A DNA stretch of 64,000 nucleotides from an uncultured Actinomycetota bacterium (GCA_963700955.1 CAVOZH010000005.1:36561-100560), one strand, 5' to 3'. Counted from the first letter of the stretch, positions 1-9,113 are shown. Numbers and translations are program-made. The notes: a model not told the origin generated them from the letters alone.

Positions 1-299
1 ACCTCCTCGCGCTGGTGGCGACGCAGCAGGTTGGCGGCGATGCCGTAGAGCCACGGCCTCACGTCGAGGCTCTCGGGACGGTACGTCGACCGCTTGCGGA
101 ACGCCGTCAAGAAGACCTCACTGAGGAGGTCGTCGGCCAGCTGACCGACGCGGCGACTCAGGTAGCGATGGATCTGGTCGCCGTGCCGCTCGAAGACCTC
201 CGCGAACGCCTCGGCCCGACTCAGCGAAGCCACGATCAGCTCGTGGTCCGTGGCCGAGGCGCTCAACGGTGGCGGCGCGTGTTCAGAAATGGCTGTCAT
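1..299 (-). CDS. ECF-type sigma-70 family RNA polymerase sigma factor, N-terminal part (gene runs off the left edge)
   Basis: Not in the ORF track because there is no stop in the window. Reverse complement from ATG at 299 reads MTAISEHAPPPLSASATDHELIVASLSRAEAFAEVFERHGDQIHRYLSRRVGQLADDLLSEVFLTAFRKRSTYRPESLDVRPWLYGIAANLLRRHQREE, a typical sigma-70 region 2 / ECF N-terminus. Confidence 0.8.
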   Translation of the reverse strand, partial: MTAISEHAPPPLSASATDHELIVASLSRAEAFAEVFERHGDQIHRYLSRRVGQLADDLLSEVFLTAFRKRSTYRPESLDVRPWLYGIAANLLRRHQREE

Positions 300-519
300 A
301 CCCCTACATCGCAGAAGCCGCGGTTCGAGTTCGCGGACCCTGGCCGGCTGTGGAAGACCTGCCCATCATGCGGTGGCGATGCCTTGCGATCCGCACGCCA
401 CTCCGACGTCACGAGCGGCAGGCAGGACCTTGGGTCCTTGCGGTGGGAGTGGGTCAGCGGAACAGTCGCTCGTTGGGGCAGGGCTTGATCGTCGTACGTC
501 GCCGAGGAGGGAGGTCGTG

Positions 520-1029
520 ATGCCTGGCTTGGGGCACGTGTGGTCTCGGAGCACCGGGTGGTTGTACGGGGTCAAGCGGTGGATGTACCGCGGTGGCAGA
601 CCTGGAGGCCTGGCTCGAGTGATGAACCGGGCGTCGGCGCTCCAGTTCTCCGCGGGTGTCCTGTCCCCGAAGCGCGCGATGACCCTGGAGGTGACCGGAC
701 GACGCAGCGGTCGGCTGATCTCGTTCCCGGTCGTGGTCGCCGACTACCAGGGCGAGCGCTATCTCGTCGCGATGCTCGGCAACGAGGCGAACTGGGTGCG
801 TAACGTCCGTGCGGCCGCCGGACGAGCAGTGCTGCGCCGCAAGAGTCGCGAGGACGTGCGGCTCGAAGAGGTCGACATCGGGGCGCGTGCCCCCATCCTG
901 CGTCGCTACCTGGCGCTCGCGCCGGGAGCCCGCCCCCACATCCCGGTGGACCGGCACGCGCCACTTGCCGAGTTCGAGAGCATCGCTGCGCAGTTCCCGG
1001 TCTTTCGCATCGTCACAGTTCCTTCGTGA
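520..1029 (+). CDS. Deazaflavin (F420)-dependent nitroreductase family protein (DUF385-type)
   Basis: Start moved from 250 to in-frame ATG 520, preceded by GAGGAGGGAGG. Sequence ...TGRRSGRLISFPVVVADYQGERYLVAMLGNEANWVRNVRAAAG... matches this family's core. Confidence 0.8.
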   Translation: MPGLGHVWSRSTGWLYGVKRWMYRGGRPGGLARVMNRASALQFSAGVLSPKRAMTLEVTGRRSGRLISFPVVVADYQGERYLVAMLGNEANWVRNVRAAAGRAVLRRKSREDVRLEEVDIGARAPILRRYLALAPGARPHIPVDRHAPLAEFESIAAQFPVFRIVTVPS

Positions 1030-1061
1030 TCCGCCACTCCGGCCTCGGGTAGCGTCGTCGC

Positions 1062-3044
1062 ATGGACGGCGGTGAGGCGACGATCGTGATCGTGGACGAT
1101 GTGTCCGAGGTCCGTCTGCTGATCAAGACACGGCTGCGGGTGTCGGGGCGGTTCCGCGTGGTCGGTGAGGGTGTCGACGGAGCTGACGCCGTCGAGCTGG
1201 CCCGCGAGCACAAGCCGGAGCTGATGTTGCTCGACGTCTCGATGCCGGGCGTGGACGGTCTGGAGGCGTTGCCCGAGGTCCTGGCCGCGTCGCCGGCCAC
1301 ACGCGTCGCGCTGTACAGCGGTTTCGAGGAGCAGGGACTGGTGGAGAGGGCCCACGAGCTCGGTGCCGCTGCGTTCATCGAGAAGTCCGCACCGGTCGAC
1401 TCCCTCATCGACCGCCTGCTGGTGGTGGCTGCCCAGGGCGTGGAGCGCGTCGGCGACGAGGTCTTGCGGGAGCAGGCAGTGGCTGCCACAGGCGACCAAC
1501 CCGGCACTCCAACCGCCGACCAGTCGGTCCTCGACGAGCACCTCGAGCGGTTCCGGGAGGTCTTCGAAGAGGCCGCCATCGGCATGGCGACGATGACGCT
1601 GACCGGCCACCTCGTGCGAGCGAACCGTGCCCTGGCCGCTCTCGTGCAGCGCCCGGGCGCCGGGCTCGTCGGTCTCTTCTACGGCGACCTCACAGATGGC
1701 CAGGGCGCGCAGGTCACAAGCGCCCTCGAGGACATCCGCCGGCGGCCCCTCGACGTCGTACAGCTGGAGCACGGCCTTGCCAGTGGCGTCGACGGTCGGC
1801 GAGTCCGCGCAACGCTGGCCCCCGTCCGTGACTCCGGTGGACGGGCTCTGTACCTGTTCCTCCAGGTACAAGACGTCACCGCGGAGAGGGCCGCTGTCGA
1901 GGAGCTGCGCAGGAGCGAGGAGCGTTTCCGGCTCCTGGTCGAGGCCGTTGAGGACTACGCCATCTTCATGCTCGACCCGACCGGACACGTCGTCAGCTGG
2001 AACGGCGGGGCGCAACGCAGCAAGGGCTACACCGCCGAGGAGATCATCGGCCAGCACTTCCGGGTGTTCTACCCGCCTGAGGTCCAGCAGCGGAAGCATC
2101 CTGAGAAGGAGCTGGAGATCGCGCTGCGCGAGGGGCACTACGAGGAGGAGGGGTGGCGCATCCGCAAGGACGGTTCGCGATTCTGGGCCAACGTCCTGAT
2201 CACCTCCGTCTTCAACGCGTCCGGCGAGCACATCGGCTTCGCCAAGGTCACGCGCGACACGACCGATCGGCGGCGTCTGGCAGAAGAGCGGGAACACGCC
2301 GCACAGGAGCTCGGGGCCGCCAACTCCAAGCTGGAGTCGCTCAACGAGGAGCTCCGGGCAGCGGCCCAGGACGAGGCGAAGTTCCTGGCTGTGACCGCGC
2401 ACGAGCTTCGCACGCCAGTCGGGGTGCTCGGCGGGTCGGCGGAGCTGCTCTCGCGTCACTGGCCCCAGCTCACCGACGAGGAGCGAACCGAGCTGTTCGA
2501 CTCGATGGCGACGAGCACGGGCCGGCTTCGGCGGTTGCTCGCGGATCTGCTGACGGCCTCACGGCTGCAGGCCAGCGCGCTCGAGGTGCGCCCCGAGCCA
2601 GTGCCGGTCGCCGACGTCGTGGCGGAGGCGATCGCAACCCTTCGGGGTACGCGGCCCGACGCCGAGATCCTCGCCGAGGTACCAGCCGATCTCACCGTTG
2701 TCGCCGACCGCGACCGTCTCGCCCAGGCTCTGGACAACCTGCTCACCAATGCCCTGCGCCATGGCGCCCCGCCCGTCCAGGTGGCGGCCCACGCCGACTC
2801 GGGCAGGGTGGTGATCCGGGTCAGTGACCAGGGGGCCGGTGTGTCCGTGTCCATGCAACCCAGGCTCTTCCAGCGGTTCGCCACAGGCCGTAGCAAGGGT
2901 GGGACGGGGTTGGGGCTCTTCATCGTCCGCGAGCTCGCGCGGGCGCAGGGCGGCGACGCCCTCTACGAGCCTGCGACGTCCGAGACGCCGGCAGGGGCCT
3001 TCGTCATCAGCCTGCCGCAAGCACCCTCGCCCTCAGCGGCCTAG
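1062..3044 (+). CDS. Hybrid sensor histidine kinase: N-terminal receiver, PAS, HisKA, HATPase_c
   Basis: 660-aa ORF. Receiver motifs IVIVDD...LLDVSMPGVDG. PAS-like HVVSWNGGAQRSKGYTAEEIIGQHF...RKDGSRFWANV. H-box AVTAHELRTPV. ATPase boxes NLLTNALRHG, DQGAGV, GGTGLGLFIV. Confidence 0.9.
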   Translation: MDGGEATIVIVDDVSEVRLLIKTRLRVSGRFRVVGEGVDGADAVELAREHKPELMLLDVSMPGVDGLEALPEVLAASPATRVALYSGFEEQGLVERAHELGAAAFIEKSAPVDSLIDRLLVVAAQGVERVGDEVLREQAVAATGDQPGTPTADQSVLDEHLERFREVFEEAAIGMATMTLTGHLVRANRALAALVQRPGAGLVGLFYGDLTDGQGAQVTSALEDIRRRPLDVVQLEHGLASGVDGRRVRATLAPVRDSGGRALYLFLQVQDVTAERAAVEELRRSEERFRLLVEAVEDYAIFMLDPTGHVVSWNGGAQRSKGYTAEEIIGQHFRVFYPPEVQQRKHPEKELEIALREGHYEEEGWRIRKDGSRFWANVLITSVFNASGEHIGFAKVTRDTTDRRRLAEEREHAAQELGAANSKLESLNEELRAAAQDEAKFLAVTAHELRTPVGVLGGSAELLSRHWPQLTDEERTELFDSMATSTGRLRRLLADLLTASRLQASALEVRPEPVPVADVVAEAIATLRGTRPDAEILAEVPADLTVVADRDRLAQALDNLLTNALRHGAPPVQVAAHADSGRVVIRVSDQGAGVSVSMQPRLFQRFATGRSKGGTGLGLFIVRELARAQGGDALYEPATSETPAGAFVISLPQAPSPSAA

Positions 3045-3121
3045 CCCACCGGGTGGCCCAGAGCAGACTGCACCGGCGGCTCCGAGTGGTATGTGCACCG
3101 GCCCGAGCCTAGGCTGCGAAC

Positions 3122-3862
3122 ATGGCGATCCGTGTGCTGCTTGTCGACGACGTCGCCGAGGAGCGCCGACTGGTTCGGATGGCGCTGCGCTTCCGCGGCG
3201 GCTTCGACGTGGTGGCCGAAGCCAGCCACGGCGGTGAGGCAGTTCGCCTCGCCGAGTCGTTGAGACCGGACATAGTGGTACTCGACCTGGGACTGCCCGA
3301 CATCGCGGGCCACGAGCTGCTCAGCCGCATCCGGTTCTGCTCGCCCGGATCCAAAGTAGTGGTCTTCTCCGGAGCCGACTCGCGGGACCGGCCGTTGATC
3401 GTGGACCAGGTCGAGGGCTACGTCGTCAAGGACGTCGAGCTCGACTACCTCGTGGACCTGCTCGAGTCTGTCGTCCAGCCAAGCGATACCGAGGCCGTCC
3501 TCGACCTTCCGCACGCGCTGACCAGCGCCGGCACAGCGCGACGTTTCGTCGCCGAGCAGGTCACGGAGTGGAAGCTCGAGGAGCTGCTCGACGACGCGCT
3601 CCTGGTGGCCAGCGAACTGGCGGCGAACGCGGTCACCCACGCGGACTCGCCCTGCCGCATTCGGCTCTCGCTCAACCCCGCCACCCTCCGGATCGACGTG
3701 ATCGACACCGGGGAGGGCACTCCCGAACCGCAGCCGGCCAGTGCGACGGCTGAGCACGGGCGCGGCCTGCATCTGGTCGACGCTCTCACCAGCGCATGGG
3801 GCCTCGAGGTCGTCCCAGGTGAGGGAAAGCTGGTGTGGGCAGAGCTGCCGAGACCCACATAG
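3122..3862 (+). CDS. Receiver domain fused to RsbW/SpoIIAB-like anti-sigma-factor Ser kinase domain (HATPase_c_2)
   Basis: 246 aa. REC motifs VLLVDD, VVLDLGLPDIAGHELL. C-terminal half has TARRFVAEQV...LVASELAANAVTHA...IDVIDTGEG...EHGRGLHLVDAL, typical of anti-sigma kinases. Confidence 0.85.
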   Translation: MAIRVLLVDDVAEERRLVRMALRFRGGFDVVAEASHGGEAVRLAESLRPDIVVLDLGLPDIAGHELLSRIRFCSPGSKVVVFSGADSRDRPLIVDQVEGYVVKDVELDYLVDLLESVVQPSDTEAVLDLPHALTSAGTARRFVAEQVTEWKLEELLDDALLVASELAANAVTHADSPCRIRLSLNPATLRIDVIDTGEGTPEPQPASATAEHGRGLHLVDALTSAWGLEVVPGEGKLVWAELPRPT

Positions 3863-3948
3863 CCAACGTGTGCGCCCGGTCGGTGGGCAGGCCCTTTGGG
3901 GTCGAAGGTCCCATGTGAGGGGCTTCGACATCCTGACACGATGGATGG

Positions 3949-6027
3949 GTGGCGAAACAGGCCGGTGGGGCCAAGGACCTCCTGATCGGTCCGCGGTCGG
4001 CTCGGCCCGACCGCGGGATCGACATCTACCTCCTGCTCGCTGCCACCTTCGCCGCAGTCGCGGTCTACATCGCGGGCCTGCTGCTCGATGTCCTGCCGCC
4101 CCGAGGGCTCACGGTCGCGTTCTTCGCGGCCACCCCCATCTATGCGGCGCTCTCCCTGGTCGTGCTCGAGACCCGTGCCAGGGCTGACCGGGACGAGAGG
4201 CTCGCCTGGGTCAGCGCCGGCCTCGCGGTCGGCATGGTGGCGATGGTGCTTCAGGTCATCTCGTTCCCCGTGGTCTCGCCGGGCGGCGGGTTGTTCGGCA
4301 CCGGTGACCAGGCCAACGCGAGCCTCTACCTGCTGTTCCACGTTGCGCTGGGCGCCGGTGCCGCCGCCGGCGCACTCGGGGTCCCGCTCGTCTGGCGGCG
4401 GCCCAGCGTGGTCGTCGGCTGGGTCGTGTCGCTGCTGCTGGCGGTGGACGTCGTCCCGCTGCCCGAGCTCATCGATCCAGGCGCGGCCTACACACCCCTC
4501 TTCGTCGGAGCGGAGGTCGTGCTCGCCGCCCTCCTCGCCGGCGTCACCGCACTCTGGGTCCTGCGCGTGGGTCGCTCCGCAGCAGCGCTCCATGGCTGGA
4601 TCGGGGTCGCGCTGTCCTTGTCGGTCTACGACGTCGTCCTCAACGCGATCAGTGGCCAGCGGTTCGAGGCGGTGTGGTGGGGAAGCCTCTCGCTTCGTGT
4701 GGCGGCCTACCTCGTGCTCGCGTTCGGTTCGCTGGCCGCCGTACTGGCTCGGCTGCGCGACGCCGAGTCCTACAGCGAGTCCGAGCTCGACCGCCGTGAG
4801 TCCCAGCTTCGGAGCTCGCTCTCTGTCACAGCCGGACTGCTGACGTCCGCCGAGGACCTCTCCCGCGCGGTCACCTCCGGCCAGGTCGCCGACGTCCTGA
4901 GCGCCAACGCCCGCGTCACCGCGGGAGCGACCTACGCGTCGGTGGTCGTCGGGCGGAGGGGTGAGTCGTTGCGTCTGCTCGGAGCCGACGGGTACGACGC
5001 CGCCATGCGCAGCCGGCTCACCGACATCGACTGGGACATGGGGTTGCCGCCACCGCACGTGCTCGCGATAGGGGAGCCGCTCTTCCTCGAGACGCATAGC
5101 GACATCCGGGAGCGCTTCCCACGGGTCAGCGAGCTGCCGATGGGCAGGGCGGCCGCACTCGCCGCTCTTCCGATCAAGGTCCGGGGCGAACCGATCGGCG
5201 TCATCTCGGTATGGGACGTCGACCCCAGGCAGTGGTCTCCGATCCAGCGACGGCTGCTGGCGGGTCTGGCCGCGCAAGGCGGACAGGCGATCGCCCGGGC
5301 GCAGGCCTACGAGGAGCAGGCGGCCGCCGCCCGCACGTTGCAGGCCTCGCTGCTCCCCTCGCGCCTCCCGGAGCCGGATCGGCTGGATCTCGCTGCCAGC
5401 TACCAGCCTGCCGAGGACGGCCTGCTGGTGGGCGGCGACTGGTACGACTGCCTGGTCCTCGGTGACGGCCAGATCGCCCTCGTCGTGGGCGACGTCATGG
5501 GCAAGGGCCTCCATGCGGCGGCGCAGATGGGGCAGATCAGGATGGCGGTCCGCTCCGTCGCCGCCTTGGACCCTTCGCCCTCAGCGGTCCTCAGAGCGCT
5601 GGACGACCTGAACATCGAGCTCGGCAACGACGAGATCGTCACCATGGCCTACGTGCTGGTCGACCCAGCGCTCGGGGTGGCGCGGGTTGCCCGTGCGGGG
5701 CATCTGCCGCCCGCGCTGGTGCACCCCGAGGGAAAGGTGGAGCTGATCGACGCCGGCAGCTCGGCACCCCTCGGCGCCCCGCACGGGGAGCGGGTCGAGG
5801 CGGAGTTCAGCCTGCCCCTCGGTTCCCTCCTGGTGCTCTACACCGACGGTCTGGTCGAGGACCGCGTCACGGGCCTGGATCGCGGAATGAGCCAGCTCGT
5901 CCTCTCCCTCGAGAACATGGCGCCCTACGGGGAGCCGGTCGGTGAGCTCGCCGCACGGCTGCTCCTGGAGTGCCGCTCCGACCGCGGCCAGGACGACGTC
6001 GCCCTCCTGATGGCCCGTTACACGTAG
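3949..6027 (+). CDS. Membrane-anchored GAF-PP2C (SpoIIE/RsbU-type) Ser/Thr phosphatase
   Basis: 692-aa ORF; the GTG start at 3949 is uncertain. The first ~270 aa are multi-pass hydrophobic. The C-terminal part has PP2C/SpoIIE motifs GGDWYD, VVGDVMGKGLHAA, TMAYV, LYTDGLVE. Confidence 0.85.
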   Translation: MAKQAGGAKDLLIGPRSARPDRGIDIYLLLAATFAAVAVYIAGLLLDVLPPRGLTVAFFAATPIYAALSLVVLETRARADRDERLAWVSAGLAVGMVAMVLQVISFPVVSPGGGLFGTGDQANASLYLLFHVALGAGAAAGALGVPLVWRRPSVVVGWVVSLLLAVDVVPLPELIDPGAAYTPLFVGAEVVLAALLAGVTALWVLRVGRSAAALHGWIGVALSLSVYDVVLNAISGQRFEAVWWGSLSLRVAAYLVLAFGSLAAVLARLRDAESYSESELDRRESQLRSSLSVTAGLLTSAEDLSRAVTSGQVADVLSANARVTAGATYASVVVGRRGESLRLLGADGYDAAMRSRLTDIDWDMGLPPPHVLAIGEPLFLETHSDIRERFPRVSELPMGRAAALAALPIKVRGEPIGVISVWDVDPRQWSPIQRRLLAGLAAQGGQAIARAQAYEEQAAAARTLQASLLPSRLPEPDRLDLAASYQPAEDGLLVGGDWYDCLVLGDGQIALVVGDVMGKGLHAAAQMGQIRMAVRSVAALDPSPSAVLRALDDLNIELGNDEIVTMAYVLVDPALGVARVARAGHLPPALVHPEGKVELIDAGSSAPLGAPHGERVEAEFSLPLGSLLVLYTDGLVEDRVTGLDRGMSQLVLSLENMAPYGEPVGELAARLLLECRSDRGQDDVALLMARYT

Positions 6028-6051
6028 CCGGCGGGAGGGGCCGCTGCCCTG

Positions 6052-6561
6052 TCAGGCGCAGCAGGCACAGGCCGCGGACGGCTCTGCCTCGGGCTGGTCT
6101 GCCTCGGCGGAACTGGTGCAGCAGCCGGTGCTCGCCGGAGCCTGGTCGCCCTCGGCGAGTGTGAGGTCGGCGAGGGTCTTGCCCTCGAGCTCGGGCTGGG
6201 CGTCGGCGAGCACGACGTAGTTCTCCCACCGCTGCCCGTCGGGCCCGGTCACCCAGTGCTTGTCCTGGCGGGCGTAGCAACAGACGACGTCGCCCTCGGT
6301 GTCGAGGGTCAGCCCGGCGGCCTCGAGGCGGTTCGCCTGCTCCTCCACCTGCTCCATCGACTCCCGCTCGACACCGAGGTGGTTGAGGGTGCCGGTGGCC
6401 TCGGGGTTCTCGAAGAGGACCAGCTTCAGCGGCGGGTCGGCGACGGCGAAGTTCGCGTAGCCGGGTCGGCGCTTCGCGGGCTCGGTGTCGAAGAGAGTCG
6501 AGTAGAACTCGACGGCCTTGTCGATGTCGTCGACGTTGAGGGCGAGCTGAAGGCGGGACAT
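6052..6561 (-). CDS. ArsI/CadI-family glyoxalase-fold (VOC) protein with Cys-rich C-terminal tail
   Basis: Start moved to ATG 6561, with GGAGGA immediately upstream. MSRLQLALNV...PGYANFAV...PLKLVLFEN...NHLGVE...VVCCYARQDKHWVTGPDGQRWENYVV resembles ArsI C-As lyase / CadI, including the vicinal Cys pair. Tail is ...STGCCTSS...SAACACCA. Confidence 0.85.
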   Translation of the reverse strand: MSRLQLALNVDDIDKAVEFYSTLFDTEPAKRRPGYANFAVADPPLKLVLFENPEATGTLNHLGVERESMEQVEEQANRLEAAGLTLDTEGDVVCCYARQDKHWVTGPDGQRWENYVVLADAQPELEGKTLADLTLAEGDQAPASTGCCTSSAEADQPEAEPSAACACCA

Positions 6562-6620
6562 GTTTCCTCCTGGTGGGTGGACGTGGATGAAGTCGGGGTC
6601 GGGTGGCGCTGGTCGGCGGC

Positions 6621-6833
6621 TCAGGCGCAGCAGGCGTCGGGGACGGACTGCCAGGACGGCGTGGCCTGGTGGCGGAGTCGTGCGACGGCCCGGGAGACGG
6701 TGCGTGTCGCGCCGCCCGGGAACGGCCTGCTGCTGCGCTGAGTGGGCACGGCGAACCTGCGCAGGCCCTCGGCGGTGCGCAGCAGCTCGGCGTGGCGCTC
6801 GGTGGCCAGGGCGGCCATCACGGTGGGGTGCAT
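6621..6833 (-). CDS. Small hypothetical protein (70 aa) ending in ...DACCA
   Basis: In-frame ATG 6833 with GAGGAG 6 nt upstream. Third-position GC is high. MHPTVMAALATERHAELLRTAEG... resembles small actinobacterial ER-x-AEL-type peptides. It lies between the ArsR operators and the ArsI/CadI gene. Confidence 0.45.
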   Translation of the reverse strand: MHPTVMAALATERHAELLRTAEGLRRFAVPTQRSSRPFPGGATRTVSRAVARLRHQATPSWQSVPDACCA

Positions 6834-6877
6834 GAGGTGCTCCTCTTCGGCTTGCCGTGGGACCGTTCCCACGAGCG

Positions 6878-6959
6878 ACATAGACGTTCATCTATGTCAT
6901 GCCGAAACCGTGCCACGACGCCGGGTCCTCGTCAAGCATTGATATTCATCTATGTAGAT
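6878..6959. promoter_or_regulatory. Two palindromic candidate ArsR/SmtB operators in the AT-richer divergent intergenic region
   Basis: ACATAGA-n6-TCTATGT at 6878-6897 and ATCTA-TG-TAGAT at 6948-6959. Both share the 11-mer TTCATCTATGT (6887-6897, 6945-6955). They lie between the divergent arsR-like and small-ORF/ArsI genes. Confidence 0.4.
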
Positions 6960-7020
6960 CTTTTACTCCTGGCCGTCCATCAACCTCGAGCTGATAGACC
7001 GTTACCTATCTCGTGGCACC

Positions 7021-7398
7021 ATGGAGGTCATGCCGAAGCCACTGCCTCTGATCGAGCCCGTGCCGAGCGCGGCCGCCTGCTGTGCGCCGTTGATGGACGC
7101 GCCCCTGTCCGCCGAGCAGGCCGAGGAGCTCGCGGTGCGGCTCAAGGCGATCGCCGACCCCACTCGGCTACGGCTGCTGTCGCTGATGCTGGCCAGCCCG
7201 GGTCTCGAGGCATGCACCTGCGACCTGACCGAGCCGCTCGGGCTCACCCAGCCGACCGTGACCCACCACATGCGCACGCTGACGAAGGCGGGTCTGGTCG
7301 TGCCGGAGCGCCGGGTCGGCAACTTCACCTACTACCAGGTGGTGACCGATGCGCTGGCCGGCCTGGCCGGCGTGCTTGCTCCGGTCGCGGTTGCCTGA
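7021..7398 (+). CDS. arsR: ArsR/SmtB-family metal(loid)-responsive transcriptional repressor
   Basis: 125 aa. wHTH core LKAIADPTRLRLLSLM...CTCDLTEPLGLTQPTVTHHMRTLTKAGLV. N-terminal vicinal cysteines (AAACCAP) plus the CTC motif. Confidence 0.9.
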   Translation: MEVMPKPLPLIEPVPSAAACCAPLMDAPLSAEQAEELAVRLKAIADPTRLRLLSLMLASPGLEACTCDLTEPLGLTQPTVTHHMRTLTKAGLVVPERRVGNFTYYQVVTDALAGLAGVLAPVAVA

Positions 7399-7421
7399 GC
7401 GGAGCAGTCGCCTCCGCCGGA

Positions 7422-8093
7422 TCAGCTCGACGGCTCCGGCTCCACCGCCCTGCGTGCCAGGAAGTAGGCCTGCTGCGTCTTCTCGAACCTCCCGGCCGGC
7501 TCGCGGAGCAGCCTGCCGTGCACGAAGAACCCGGCCGTGCCCAACAGCTCGGCGACGTGGTCGGGAGACAGCCGGTAGTTGTCGAGGGACACCGCGTGGC
7601 CGTAGGCCTCGTCCCGGTGCACGCGCTGGTTATCACCGACCTGGAAGGCGAGCAGCAGGTGGCCGCCTGGGGCGAGCACCCGGTGGAACTCGGCGAACAC
7701 CCCCGGCAGCTGCCCCGGCGGGGTGTGGATGACGGAGTACCAGGCGAGGACGCCGGCGACACTGCCGTCCTTCAGGTCCAAGGCGGTGATCGAGCCCTCC
7801 TCGAACTGCAGGCCAGGGTGTCTGCGACGGGCCTCTGCCACCATCGCCGGCGACAGGTCGATGCCGAACGCCTCCAGCCCCAGTGAGCGCAGGTGTGCCG
7901 TCACCCGGCCGGGGCCGCAGCCGAGGTCGGCCACGGTTCCGCCGCCGTCCGCTTGCACGTGTTCGGCGAAAGCGGCAAGCGCGGCCCGCTGCAGTGGCTT
8001 CTCCGCGAGCTCGGTGGCGAGGATCTCTGCGTAGTCGGCGGCGACGGTGTCGTAGGCGACTCTAGTGGTGCGCAGGTAGGACGGCTCGGTCAT
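7422..8093 (-). CDS. Class I SAM-dependent methyltransferase
   Basis: Start moved to ATG 8093 (MTEPSYLRTT...). SAM-binding motif VADLGCGPGRVT and LAPGGHLLLAF. The rest of the 466-aa track ORF is Arg/Pro-rich junk. Confidence 0.85.
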   Translation of the reverse strand: MTEPSYLRTTRVAYDTVAADYAEILATELAEKPLQRAALAAFAEHVQADGGGTVADLGCGPGRVTAHLRSLGLEAFGIDLSPAMVAEARRRHPGLQFEEGSITALDLKDGSVAGVLAWYSVIHTPPGQLPGVFAEFHRVLAPGGHLLLAFQVGDNQRVHRDEAYGHAVSLDNYRLSPDHVAELLGTAGFFVHGRLLREPAGRFEKTQQAYFLARRAVEPEPSS

Positions 8094-8149
8094 GCCGAGG
8101 ACCGTAGTGCCTGTCTCCGGTGCCGGGCCGGAGGCGCTCGGCGTTTCCG

Positions 8150-9094
8150 TCAGCCCTCGAACGGCCTGTTGGGGATGCGCTTCAGAACGGCGGGGTAGCG
8201 CGCCACGATCTGCTCGGACCGGGCCTCCTCGAGCGCGTGGAGGCGACCGAAGGTGAAGCCGTTCTCGTTCGCCAGATATGCCTGGGCGCCGAGCTCGCGC
8301 AAGGTACGGCGGGCGACCACCGTGTCCTGATGCTCGCCGAGAAGCTCTTGAAGGTCCTTGGCGCAGGAGGCGAGTCGCTCCGCGCGGCGACCGAGGACGG
8401 GGGTCGCCGACTCGGCGCCGTACCGCAGTCGCTTGGCGGCCTTCCGGGTCTCGTGCAGACCCTCGTCCCGCTCTGCCGAGCCGGTCGCCACCGCGACCCT
8501 TCGCGCTCGCCGTCTGAGGCGCTCGAGGTCCCGGGTGAGGAGGCGGGGAAGCTGTTTCCGCGCATCCCCAGCGGCGACCTCGGCGAACGGCGGATCGGCG
8601 ACGAACGAGTCGAGAACGTGGAGCAGCCGGCAGTAGCGGTCGTCGTCGAGGGCCTCGAGCGCCTGTCGCCTGCCGGCCTGGTGGCGGGCGGACATCTCGA
8701 TGTGGATGCGGCGGGTGACCGGCCCCATCACAAGCTCCGCAGGCTCCCCCCGGACCAGGACCTCGAGACGCTCGTGAATCACCTGCGTGTCCCGCGCCGC
8801 GGCCAGCTCCTCGCCGAGCCACCTGAGCTCACCCCGAAGCTCGTCGGTCGCCCCTGGGAGCAGGACCGGCCGGTAGGTCGCGAGCACCGACCGGAGCCGA
8901 CGCGCCGCGATCCGCATCTTGTGGACCGCGCTGTCGGCATCCTGACGCAGGCGCTGCTCCTGGTTCCGCAGCTCGGACAGCTGGGCTGCCAGCTCGTGCT
9001 GGAGCACCGCGCCGACGGACGGCTCGTCATCCTTGGTCGCACGCACGCCCGCGTTCACATCTTCGATCGTGTCAGCGCCCCACCCGGCGAGCAA
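8150..9094 (-). CDS. CHAD domain-containing protein
   Basis: 314-aa ORF; TTG at 9094, start uncertain. Motifs AVHKMRIAARRLRSVLATYRP and LHETRKAAKRLRYG are CHAD hallmarks. Confidence 0.8.
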   Translation of the reverse strand: MLAGWGADTIEDVNAGVRATKDDEPSVGAVLQHELAAQLSELRNQEQRLRQDADSAVHKMRIAARRLRSVLATYRPVLLPGATDELRGELRWLGEELAAARDTQVIHERLEVLVRGEPAELVMGPVTRRIHIEMSARHQAGRRQALEALDDDRYCRLLHVLDSFVADPPFAEVAAGDARKQLPRLLTRDLERLRRRARRVAVATGSAERDEGLHETRKAAKRLRYGAESATPVLGRRAERLASCAKDLQELLGEHQDTVVARRTLRELGAQAYLANENGFTFGRLHALEEARSEQIVARYPAVLKRIPNRPFEG

Positions 9095-9113
9095 GGCCGG
9101 CAGCGTCGCGGCG

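Noticed and set aside
316-340. tRNA-like GGTTCGA T-loop strings (CCGCGGTTCGAGTTCGCGG here, and GCGGGCACGGTTCGACCCGC at about 18762-18781)
   Set aside because: The loops are 9-10 nt instead of 7. No acceptor, D or anticodon arms can be built around them.
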